Source: Elusimicrobiota bacterium (GTDB lineage Bacteria; Elusimicrobiota; Elusimicrobia; UBA1565; UBA9628). From it: 64,000 nt of DNA. Position 1 is the stretch's first letter. The number at the start of each line of letters is the position of its first letter. This document shows positions 36,916 to 44,063 of this stretch, piece after piece. Location of the stretch: assembly GCA_035534315.1 (NCBI GenBank), contig DATLSD010000059.1, positions 5,369 to 69,368 of the forward strand, given 5' to 3'. Below the pieces are notes generated by a model. That model did no database searches. It worked only from the letters and a program-made list of their open reading frames with translations, and was not told the DNA's origin. The position numbers and the translations under genes were made by a program.

Positions 36916-37644
36916 CTACAGCCCCATGCCGCCGTCGACGTTCAAGACGGCGCCGTTTAGGTAGTCGTTTTCGATGAAGTGGCAGACGGCTTGGGCCACG
37001 GCCTCGGGCGCGCCGAAATTTCCCAGCGCGATTTGGGAGAGAATCCTGTTCTTGACGTCGGGCGCGATGGCCTCGGTCATGGGCGTTTGGATGAAGCCGG
37101 GCGCGACCGCGTTGACGCGCACGCCGCGCGGGCCCAACTCCGCGGCGAACTGCTTGGTCAGGGCTTCGAGGGCGGCCTTGGACGCGCGGTAGAGCGCGCT
37201 GCCCACCAGGGCCGTGCGCGCCAGCACCGAGCTCACGTTCACGATGACGCCCGAGCCCGACTTGGCCATCTCCTTGCCGAAGTCGCGCATCAAAAAGGCC
37301 GGGCTCTTCAAGTTGACGCCGAGGATGGCGTCGAACGAGGCTTCCTCGATTTGCAGCGCGGGCTCGTGCGGCTTGTCCACGCCGGCGTTGTTGACCAGGA
37401 TGTAGGGCGCGCCTTCCTTCATGACGGCGTCCAGGAGCGCCTGGCGGCCGGCGGCCGAGGACAAATCGGCCTGGACCACGAAGGACTCGGGAATCTCCGC
37501 GCGCAGGGCCTCGGCCGACTTCTGGTTGCCGCGGCAGTGCAGGCAGACGCGGATTTCGCCCTCGGATTTTTCATGGACGGCCTTGGCCACGGCGCGGCCG
37601 ATGCCGCCCGAGGCGCCCGTCACCACCGCGATGTCTTTAGGCAT
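36916..37644 (-). CDS. fabG: 3-oxoacyl-ACP reductase (classical SDR)
   Basis: 242-aa ORF with the TGASGGIG cofactor motif, NNAG, and catalytic YRASK (YxxxK). Confidence 0.9.
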   Translation of the reverse strand: MPKDIAVVTGASGGIGRAVAKAVHEKSEGEIRVCLHCRGNQKSAEALRAEIPESFVVQADLSSAAGRQALLDAVMKEGAPYILVNNAGVDKPHEPALQIEEASFDAILGVNLKSPAFLMRDFGKEMAKSGSGVIVNVSSVLARTALVGSALYRASKAALEALTKQFAAELGPRGVRVNAVAPGFIQTPMTEAIAPDVKNRILSQIALGNFGAPEAVAQAVCHFIENDYLNGAVLNVDGGMGL

Positions 37645-37738
37645 GATGGCTCCTGGTCAAGATGACTCCGCTAAAGGCCCCGGCTGGCCGTGGCCATGGC
37701 CGGGCCCAGCCCTAAATAGCTGGAAAAACGCGATATAA

Positions 37739-37885
37739 GATAGGCAAATGATAGGCAGCAGATAGGCAGATAGGGTCTGGAGATAGGGTCTGGATAGTGG
37801 GTGGCTAGTAGGTGGCTAGGCCTAGATAGCCAGGTGGCTAGGGGGTGGCTAGGGGGGTAGATAGGGGGTAGACAGGGGGTAGATA
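37739..37885. repeat. array of cascading short direct repeats with ~11-bp phasing
   Basis: The array contains GATAGGCA x3 (37739, 37750, 37761) and GATAGGGTCTG x2 (37769, 37782). It then contains GTGGCTAG x4 (37801, 37812, 37834, 37845) and GGGGGTAGA[T/C]A x3 (37853, 37864, 37875). Local GC is lower than in the flanks. Confidence 0.8.
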
Positions 37886-37979
37886 GCGGCCGGACAGGGT
37901 ACGAGCAATTACTAGACGTCATGATTCCAGCCCAAAAACGGGAACTTTTGCCGACCTTGATCGTATAAAGGGATGCGAC

Positions 37980-38051
37980 TGCCGGGTAGCTTAACGGTAA
38001 AGCATCCGTCTGTCAAACGGAGCGATGCGGGTTCGACTCCCGCCCGGGCAA
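37980..38051 (+). tRNA. tRNA-Asp (anticodon GTC), atypical acceptor stem, no encoded CCA
   Basis: A hand-folded cloverleaf fits. Acceptor is TGCCGGG/CCGGGCA and the D arm is GCTT-AACGGTA-AAGC. The anticodon arm is TCCGT-CTGTCAA-ACGGA with U33 and A37. The variable loop is GCGAT and the T arm is GCGGG-TTCGACT-CCCGC. There is a U1-A72 pair, one G-G mismatch at 5:68, and discriminator A. Confidence 0.7.
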
Positions 38052-38058
38052 CCCGCAA

Positions 38059-38099
38059 GGAGGCCCGATCTGCTCCGGTCGGACGGAGATCGGGCCTCC
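38059..38099 (+). terminator. 13-bp perfect hairpin immediately 3' of the tRNA (processing or termination structure; no T-run)
   Basis: GGAGGCCCGATCT (38059-38071) pairs with AGATCGGGCCTCC (38087-38099). The loop can extend the stem (TCCG/CGGA). Confidence 0.35.
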
Positions 38100-38179
38100 G
38101 CCTGCGGAAGCGGAGAACGTTTTTAATAAACGCTTCCTTTCCGCTCGTGCTGGGCGCAGCATATCGCGCCCAGCGCCTA

Positions 38180-38208
38180 TTGACAAAAATACCGTCTGCT
38201 GATACACT
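38180..38208 (+). promoter_or_regulatory. near-consensus sigma70-type promoter in the tRNA/KASIII intergenic region
   Basis: TTGACA (38180-38185), 17-nt spacer, TACACT (38203-38208). A 9-bp hairpin (38149-38174) lies directly upstream. Confidence 0.4.
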
Positions 38209-38215
38209 GATTTTT

Positions 38216-38268
38216 GACAGACGGATGCAAGCTACCCAAGCCCCGGGAAACCGGGGCTTTTCGTTTTT
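38216..38268 (+). ncRNA. candidate ~50-nt small RNA antisense to the 5' half of the adjacent tRNA-Asp, ending in an intrinsic terminator
   Basis: 38216-38237 is the exact reverse complement of tRNA nt 38002-38014 plus 37984-37992. It is followed by GCCCCGG-GAAA-CCGGGGC (38240-38257) and TTTTCGTTTTT (38258-38268). Confidence 0.3.
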
Positions 38269-38279
38269 AGCGCCAGGCC

Positions 38280-39278
38280 TCACTGCGCCTCCATGTAGCC
38301 GCCGCCCCAGGCCAGGCCCGAGCCCAGCACCGCGTAGACGATTTTGTCGCCTTTGCGCAGCTTGTCCAAATTTTGCGCGATGACCGAAGGGCAGCCCGCG
38401 GCCGCGATGTTGCCCTGCGTGTGGACATTGCGCAGGTGCTTCTCCGGAGGCAGATGCAGGTGGCCGATGATGGAATCCTGCATGACGTAGTTGGCCTGGT
38501 GCGCCACGGTGTAGGCGTCCTCGGCGTAGAGCCCCTTTTTCTGCGCGATGTCCTCGAACATCTCGCAGGTCTTGCGGATGGAAAACTCCCGCACCGCCGC
38601 GCCGTTCTGAGCGAAATGCCCGGCCGCGTCGATTGTGATGTCGTCGGCGCCCCTGGGATCGGTCTCGAAAATCATGGGCTCGACCGAGAGCCGCCCCGCG
38701 TGGCGGGCCGAGAGGACCTCCGCGGCCGCGCCGTCGCCCCAGATATATCCGTCCACGCTCTTGGCGGAGTAGTCCGTGCGCGTGGTGTAGGCGCTGGCCT
38801 GCACGCACAGGATAAATTCCGGCAGGCGCGGCTCCATGTCCGCGAGGATCCGCATGTGCCGCGCGAACGAGGAGCAGGCGCTGTTGACGTCGCAATGGGG
38901 CCCCGAGCCGACGCCCAGGGCCTTGGCGATGAGGTTCGCGGTCGAAGGGATGGTCTCAAAGGGCGTGTCGGTATTGGCGATGACCAGGCCGATTTTTTCG
39001 GCCGGCACGCCGGCCTGGGCCAGGGCTTTTTTGGCGGCCTTCGCGCCCATGGCCACTGGCGTCTCGCCGCGGGCGCGCGCGTGAATCATCGCTTGGACCG
39101 GGTTTTGGTTCTTGGTTTTGAGGATGTAGTCCTTGCTCAGGACCGAGTAGCGCTTGTAGATGCCCAGGCGCGACTTGACCCACTCCGGGCCGCGCTCCAG
39201 GCCCACCTCGTCGTGGAGAAACTCGTTGGAAATTTCCGTTTCGGGGAGATAGCAGCCCATCCCCAGGATGGAGAGCAT
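38280..39278 (-). CDS. 3-oxoacyl-ACP synthase III (FabH-like KASIII)
   Basis: The start was moved to ATG 39278 (MLSILGMGCYLP). Catalytic Cys is in NSACSSF, His in AHQAN and Asn in QGNIAAAG. Confidence 0.9.
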   Translation of the reverse strand: MLSILGMGCYLPETEISNEFLHDEVGLERGPEWVKSRLGIYKRYSVLSKDYILKTKNQNPVQAMIHARARGETPVAMGAKAAKKALAQAGVPAEKIGLVIANTDTPFETIPSTANLIAKALGVGSGPHCDVNSACSSFARHMRILADMEPRLPEFILCVQASAYTTRTDYSAKSVDGYIWGDGAAAEVLSARHAGRLSVEPMIFETDPRGADDITIDAAGHFAQNGAAVREFSIRKTCEMFEDIAQKKGLYAEDAYTVAHQANYVMQDSIIGHLHLPPEKHLRNVHTQGNIAAAGCPSVIAQNLDKLRKGDKIVYAVLGSGLAWGGGYMEAQ

Positions 39279-39282
39279 GCGG

Positions 39283-40257
39283 CTAAATCCCGGAGATGGA
39301 CTCGCCGCCGTCGACCGTGATGACGGCGCCGTTGGTCCAGGCGAGGCCCGGCAGGCACAGGGTGTAAATCGTCTCGGCCACGTCATCGGGCGTGGTCAGG
39401 CGGTGAAAGGGGTTGCGCAGGCGGGCTTGCGCCTTCATCAAGTCGAAGTTGGGAATCGCGTTGCCGGCGGGGGTGTCCGTGATGCCGGCCTGGAGCACGT
39501 ATGAGCGCGCGCCGTAGGGCGCCAACTCCAGGGCCATGGCGCGGCAAGACGCTTCCAGGGCGCACTTGGCGGCCGAGACCGCGGCGTAGCCGCGCCAGGC
39601 GATCTCGTTGCCTTCGGAGGTCATGGCGACCAGGCGCGCGTCCTTGGTCAGCAGGCCGTCCTTTAAAAGCTCGCGGCCCCAGAGCAGGTAGTCGTAGCCC
39701 ATCATCCAGACGGTTTTCTGCAAATCTTCCTCGCCGAGAAGGGCGTCCTTGTAGGGAATCCTGCTCTCGGCCAAGGTGTGGAGCGCGTCGCAGCCCTTTT
39801 GGTGGAACGCGTCGTTGACGGCTTTCTTGAGCGCGTCGGGAGAAACCTGGACGCCTTGGGCCGAGAGCGCCTCGGAGAGCCCCTTGAGGGCCTGGCCGCG
39901 GAAGTCGGGGGCTTTGGCGTCCACCATGAGCTTGCAGGCGCCGGCGGCGATGGAATGCAGGAAGAGGTGGACCTTGCCCTGGCCCGCGCGCTGCGCGATG
40001 CTCTCGAAGACCTCGCCGCGGCCGTCCTCGTCGAAGAGGTTGACGTTGTGCGCGGCGAACTCGACGCCTTGCGCGCGGATTTCGTCGAAGTGGGGCTTGA
40101 TGACCGTCTCGACCGCGCCTTCCTTGTCCTTATGCGCGACGAGGATGTTCAGGCCGGCCCGGGCCAGGCGCTTGGCCGCGGCCAGGCCGAAGCCCGAGGA
40201 GCCGCCCAGGATCACGGCCCATAGTCCGGAGCCTTCGAAACGGCGTTCTTTTTCCAT
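39283..40257 (-). CDS. SDR-superfamily enoyl-ACP reductase-like protein (FabI/FabL-type Y-x6-K)
   Basis: The start was moved to ATG 40257 (MEKERRFEGSGLWAVILGGSSGFG). The catalytic spacing YAAVSAAK is Tyr-x6-Lys, as in enoyl reductases, not the YxxxK of ketoreductases. An insertion of roughly 60 aa is present relative to classical SDRs. Confidence 0.7.
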   Translation of the reverse strand: MEKERRFEGSGLWAVILGGSSGFGLAAAKRLARAGLNILVAHKDKEGAVETVIKPHFDEIRAQGVEFAAHNVNLFDEDGRGEVFESIAQRAGQGKVHLFLHSIAAGACKLMVDAKAPDFRGQALKGLSEALSAQGVQVSPDALKKAVNDAFHQKGCDALHTLAESRIPYKDALLGEEDLQKTVWMMGYDYLLWGRELLKDGLLTKDARLVAMTSEGNEIAWRGYAAVSAAKCALEASCRAMALELAPYGARSYVLQAGITDTPAGNAIPNFDLMKAQARLRNPFHRLTTPDDVAETIYTLCLPGLAWTNGAVITVDGGESISGI

Positions 40258-40304
40258 AAAATGGACCGCTTGCTTGGCGCCGCAAGGGCCTGCCGAGCGG
40301 CGGC

Positions 40305-40589
40305 CTACTTCTGGACTTCGAGAAGCTTCTTCTTGACCAGATCGCCGATGAGCGCGGCCGCGTCCTTTTTGGCCTTGGCCTCGTCCACGTCGAATTCCGC
40401 GCAGACGGCTTCCACGACGGCATCCACATCCGCGCCTTCGCCCAGCTTCTCCCAAATGACGACGCCGACCTCGTTGAGGGAAAAATATTCGCTCGATTCG
40501 AGATCCAGGATGACGGCTTCCTTGTCCACCTGGCGCCACGCGGCGCGCTCGGCGTGCTTGTACTTCACGGAGTCGTTTTTAGTCGCCAT
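40305..40589 (-). CDS. PqqD-family (RRE-type peptide-binding chaperone fold) protein
   Basis: 94-aa ORF. WRQVDKEAVILDLESSEYFSLNEVGVVIWEKL followed by an acidic helical tail matches the PqqD consensus. An AAGAGG RBS lies upstream. There is no ACP DSL motif. Confidence 0.75.
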   Translation of the reverse strand: MATKNDSVKYKHAERAAWRQVDKEAVILDLESSEYFSLNEVGVVIWEKLGEGADVDAVVEAVCAEFDVDEAKAKKDAAALIGDLVKKKLLEVQK

Positions 40590-40647
40590 GAATTTAGTGC
40601 CTCTTAGCGTAAATTAATTATGAAAACGTGGGGATATCCTAATAAAT

Positions 40648-41397
40648 TTATCCGCCCCGCGCAATTGGGGAGGTGAGGCGGATGAAGGTCTCGATGTTGC
40701 CCTTCGGGCCGTGAACCGGAGATTCGAAAACGCCGGCTTCCGCGAGGCCCAGGGCTTCGGCGGCCGCGCGGACTTTAGCCAGGGCTTGAGCGCGGGCCGC
40801 GGGGTCGCGCACGACGCCTTTGGGCGCGAGCTTGGGCCCGACCTCGAACTGGGGTTTGACCAGGGCGAGAAGCTCCCAGGGAGTTTTCAGGCAGGCGGCG
40901 ATGGCGGGCAGGACCAGAGTCAGCGAGATAAACGAGACGTCCGCGGTCGCGAAATCGGGCGCCGGGTCGAAAAGCGCCGGGTTTAAATTCTTGGCGTGGG
41001 TCTTTTCGATGCCCACGACGCGCGGGTCGGCCGCGAGCTTGGCGTGAAGCTGGCCATGGCCCACGTCCACGGCGTAGACGCGGACCGCGCCAGCCTGCAG
41101 GAGGCAGTCGGTAAATCCCCCGGTAGACGCGCCCACGTCGAGGCAGACGCGTCCGCGGGGCGAAGCGCCCAAGCCTTCGAGCGCCGCCGCGAGCTTCAAG
41201 CCGCCGCGGGACACATAAGGGCAGGGGGAACGGACTTCGATTTTCGCGTCCTCGTCGATCAAGGCGCCGGCCTTGGTTTGCGCGCGGCCGTCCACGAACA
41301 CCTGTCCGGCCATGAGGCAGGCCTTGGCCTTGGTCCGGGTGGGCGCCAAGCCGCGCAGGACCAGCAGTTCGTCGGCCCGGACGCGCGATTTTTTCAA
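40648..41397 (-). CDS. tlyA: TlyA family rRNA (cytidine-2'-O)-methyltransferase
   Basis: A TTG start at 41397 lies 2 nt after the upstream stop. The S4-like N-terminus (RADELLVLRGL), the SAM motif LDVGASTGGFTD and KPQFE are present. Confidence 0.85.
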   Translation of the reverse strand: MKKSRVRADELLVLRGLAPTRTKAKACLMAGQVFVDGRAQTKAGALIDEDAKIEVRSPCPYVSRGGLKLAAALEGLGASPRGRVCLDVGASTGGFTDCLLQAGAVRVYAVDVGHGQLHAKLAADPRVVGIEKTHAKNLNPALFDPAPDFATADVSFISLTLVLPAIAACLKTPWELLALVKPQFEVGPKLAPKGVVRDPAARAQALAKVRAAAEALGLAEAGVFESPVHGPKGNIETFIRLTSPIARGG

Positions 41398-41399
41398 GA

Positions 41400-42023
41400 T
41401 CAGACGGCGACGCCCAGCGCGCCGAGGCTCGCGCGCAGATCGGCCGGGCTCGTGTAGCGGATGGCGTTGATGCCCAGGCGCCGCGCCGCGGCGACATTTT
41501 CCTTGAGATCGTCGATGAACACGGTTTCGGCGGCGGCCGCGCGGGCCTTGAGCAGGGCCGCGCGGTAGATTTCCGGCTCCGGTTTTCTCAATCCCAGGCG
41601 GTAGGAAAGCAGCGCGCCATGGACGCGGCGCGGAAACGAATAGTTGCGTCGGATGAAATCGTAATGGAGCTCGTTGGTGTTGGAGAGCAGGTAGACCTTG
41701 CGGCGCAGGCGCACGGCGTTCATGATTTCTTCGGTTTCCGGGTTCAAGGTGAAGTCGCACCAGGCATCGCAGAAAGCGCTCCAGTTTTCCTTGTAGCCGA
41801 GCTTCGCGCGGAAGAGCTTGAAAAATTCCGCGGGGGTCAGATGGCCGCGCTCAAGCTTGTCGGAGAGGCGCTCGATCCAGAAATAACCGGCGATGGCCAG
41901 CGGCGAGCGTCCGGTCGCGCGCGAAAGATGCATGACGAAGGCTTTGGCGTTGAAGCGGAGCAGGACGTTGCCGATGTCGAAGAAGACGGCGCGAATTTCG
42001 GGTTTTTCTCCGCTCCTGGTCAT
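41400..42023 (-). CDS. HAD-superfamily hydrolase, subfamily IA
   Basis: The start was moved to ATG 42023. Motif I is FFDIGNVL (DxG variant), with downstream SNT and a C-terminal FIDD motif. Confidence 0.8.
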   Translation of the reverse strand: MTRSGEKPEIRAVFFDIGNVLLRFNAKAFVMHLSRATGRSPLAIAGYFWIERLSDKLERGHLTPAEFFKLFRAKLGYKENWSAFCDAWCDFTLNPETEEIMNAVRLRRKVYLLSNTNELHYDFIRRNYSFPRRVHGALLSYRLGLRKPEPEIYRAALLKARAAAAETVFIDDLKENVAAARRLGINAIRYTSPADLRASLGALGVAV

Positions 42024-42039
42024 GCCGTCCGGCAAAAGG

Positions 42040-42993
42040 TCAGTAAGGAAGCGGCGGGAGGATAAGAACCGGGACGGATTGCGGGGACGTGGAGTCCATT
42101 TTCGCCGCGGCTTTCTTTTTGGATATCTTGAGGCTTTTTTTATCATTGAGAACGATGGGGGAAACCGAAATATCCTTGTCGCCCCAATCCGTGTGCACCC
42201 GCGCCTGCGTGGGCGAGATTTGAGTTATCTCTTGGATGACGGGGTCCACCAGCCAATGGGCGCATTTCAAGCCGGAGACCATGAGATCTCGGGGCGCATG
42301 AATGGTCCACTGGACGGCGTTCGAGGTCACGATGATCGTGTTGGAGGATTTGCCGTGATCCTCCGCGTATTTGTACCGAAAATTGCTCCGATCCATCACC
42401 ATGGTGAGATGGCCCTGCCCGATGATGAGGGCCAGCATATGGTAAGGCTTGCCGTCCTGCGCTTCCCCCTCCGCCGGAACCATGCTGTCGATGGAGTATT
42501 TGGCCATGAGCTTGGCCACATCCGGCCCGTCGATGACGTAAATTTTGTTCTGCGTCCAGGAGGGGTTGGTGAAAAGCTCAAGGTCGTTGTAGTGCCGCGC
42601 GACGGCCGTGCCGATCATGAGATCGGCGTCGGCAAAATCAAAATGGCGCGCGTACGCCGCGTTGGCCTGCGGCAGATTTTGGACCAAAAGGGTCGCCTCA
42701 TCCAGGGTCAGCGGCGCCAGGCCGGCCCAAAGCGCGTCGGACACGATGGGCGGTTCTTGGGCCTCCGCCGCGGGCTGTTGGACGGGCACGGCGATGGGCA
42801 GGGGCGCGGGAACAAACGGCGTGCGGGAAAAGCGCAGGGCGCCCATCCCTGAGCCGTCGAAGCTTTGCGCGGAAAAAATAGTTCCGAGACGAACGGCCTG
42901 AGGAAGCGCGGCGGCTTGGGCGGCTGCGGCGGCCCCCAAATACACTGCGATGGCGGCTGCGGCCCTTCGAAGGGTATAGGTCTTTTGTACCAT
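42040..42993 (-). CDS. secreted protein of unknown function
   Basis: The start was moved to ATG 42993, which gives a signal peptide (MVQKTYTLRRAAAAIAVYLGAAAAAQA). I recognise no motif. Confidence 0.6.
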   Translation of the reverse strand: MVQKTYTLRRAAAAIAVYLGAAAAAQAAALPQAVRLGTIFSAQSFDGSGMGALRFSRTPFVPAPLPIAVPVQQPAAEAQEPPIVSDALWAGLAPLTLDEATLLVQNLPQANAAYARHFDFADADLMIGTAVARHYNDLELFTNPSWTQNKIYVIDGPDVAKLMAKYSIDSMVPAEGEAQDGKPYHMLALIIGQGHLTMVMDRSNFRYKYAEDHGKSSNTIIVTSNAVQWTIHAPRDLMVSGLKCAHWLVDPVIQEITQISPTQARVHTDWGDKDISVSPIVLNDKKSLKISKKKAAAKMDSTSPQSVPVLILPPLPY

Positions 42994-43061
42994 GGTTGCT
43001 GGATTATACTCTGGTATCTTCAGCCGATACAAGTCCCTTTCGGCCTAAGGCGTACTCGGGG

Positions 43062-44003
43062 CTAAGGACCCAGAGGCGCGGATGAGGCGGGCACAAGCTC
43101 CCACTCGGCGAGCATGTCCTCGGCGCGGACGTCTTTCGCGTCGGATTTTGCGATGATCCGCGCCGGCCCGATTGCCTGCGGCGGGGTCCTCTCGGGTTCT
43201 CCGGGGGCATAGACGCCCAGGCAGGGAATGCCCAGGGCGTTGGCCAAGTGCAGGGGCCCTGAATCGTGGCCGACGAAGACGTCGCACAAAGATAGAGCGG
43301 CTGCGGCGACGAAGAGGGAGTTCGCCGTCAAATCATCTGCGTAATTCCAGGATGGCCGCGGATTCGGGGCGCTTCTAACTCGATTGAGTTCCGTCGCCGT
43401 TCCGAACCATAGGGTCGCAACGCCGCGATCTTCGAGCATGTTCGAGAGCCGAATCCACTCGGCCAAGGCGACGCAGCGTTCGGCCGCGCCGGCGAAGGGA
43501 TGAAGCGCCGTCGTGCGGCGGGCGAAAAACGGCCTAAGCCGCAGGCGTTCCTGGGCCAGCGGTTCACGATTGAGAGAGCAGGCAAGATGGACGTTTTGCA
43601 GACCAAGCGGTTCCAAGAGCCGCGAGAGCTGCGTAAGAACCGGCTTGCCGGGATCCGCGGCCGGGAGCGCGTCCGTCAACCAGCGGGCGGTTCCGGGACG
43701 GTGGAAACCGATGCGCCGGGGGACGCCGGCCAGAGCGACGGCCGCCGCCGTCTTGGAGGATTGCGAGGCCAGCAGGGCCGCGTCGTATTTCGCGCGCCGA
43801 ACCTCCAGCCAGCTTCTCAAAAAAGGAGCCAAAGGGCCTTGCCCGCGGCCGGGACTTCTGTCCCAAAAAGGATCGGCGGCGTGGCAGGCGCCGAGCCCGG
43901 GGATCAAGGGAGCGATGCCGGAGGCGTAGCTCTTGCACCAAATCCCGACGAAGGAGCCCGGGATCAGTGATTTGAGTTTGGGAACGAGGCTCGCGGCGAA
44001 CAC
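43062..44003 (-). CDS. GT9-family glycosyltransferase (LPS heptosyltransferase-like); true N-terminus probably lies upstream of the first canonical start
   Basis: The C-terminal GT9 motif VGHDSGPLHLANALGIPCLGVY is present. The conserved N-terminal strand RRFLVVSLDNLGDL is encoded in frame at 44045-44004, before the GTG at 44003. Confidence 0.8.
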   Translation of the reverse strand: MFAASLVPKLKSLIPGSFVGIWCKSYASGIAPLIPGLGACHAADPFWDRSPGRGQGPLAPFLRSWLEVRRAKYDAALLASQSSKTAAAVALAGVPRRIGFHRPGTARWLTDALPAADPGKPVLTQLSRLLEPLGLQNVHLACSLNREPLAQERLRLRPFFARRTTALHPFAGAAERCVALAEWIRLSNMLEDRGVATLWFGTATELNRVRSAPNPRPSWNYADDLTANSLFVAAAALSLCDVFVGHDSGPLHLANALGIPCLGVYAPGEPERTPPQAIGPARIIAKSDAKDVRAEDMLAEWELVPASSAPLGP

Positions 44004-44063
44004 GAGGTCGCCCAGATTGTCCAGGCTGACGACGAGAAAGCGCCGGGGCGCGGCGGGCGGCGT

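Noticed and set aside
37739-37885. Repeat array considered as a CRISPR array
   Set aside because: The units are only 8-11 bp, they abut one another without spacers, the unit sequence changes along the array, and no cas genes are in the window.
37671-37922. 83-aa Pro-rich minus-strand ORF reading through the repeat array
   Set aside because: Its periodic peptide (YPPSHPLAT, SRPSHLLAT) simply mirrors the DNA repeats. It has no RBS, the local GC3 is atypical, and it overlaps the promoter region. I treat it as non-coding.
37980-38280. tRNA locus considered as an integration site of a mobile element
   Set aside because: There is no integrase or other mobile-element gene on either side and no direct repeat of the tRNA 3' end. 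The only duplicated tRNA segment is an inverted 5'-half fragment.
40305-40589. 94-aa ORF considered as the missing acyl carrier protein of the lipid cluster
   Set aside because: It has no DSL/DSx phosphopantetheine attachment motif and no four-helix ACP pattern. The sequence fits PqqD instead.
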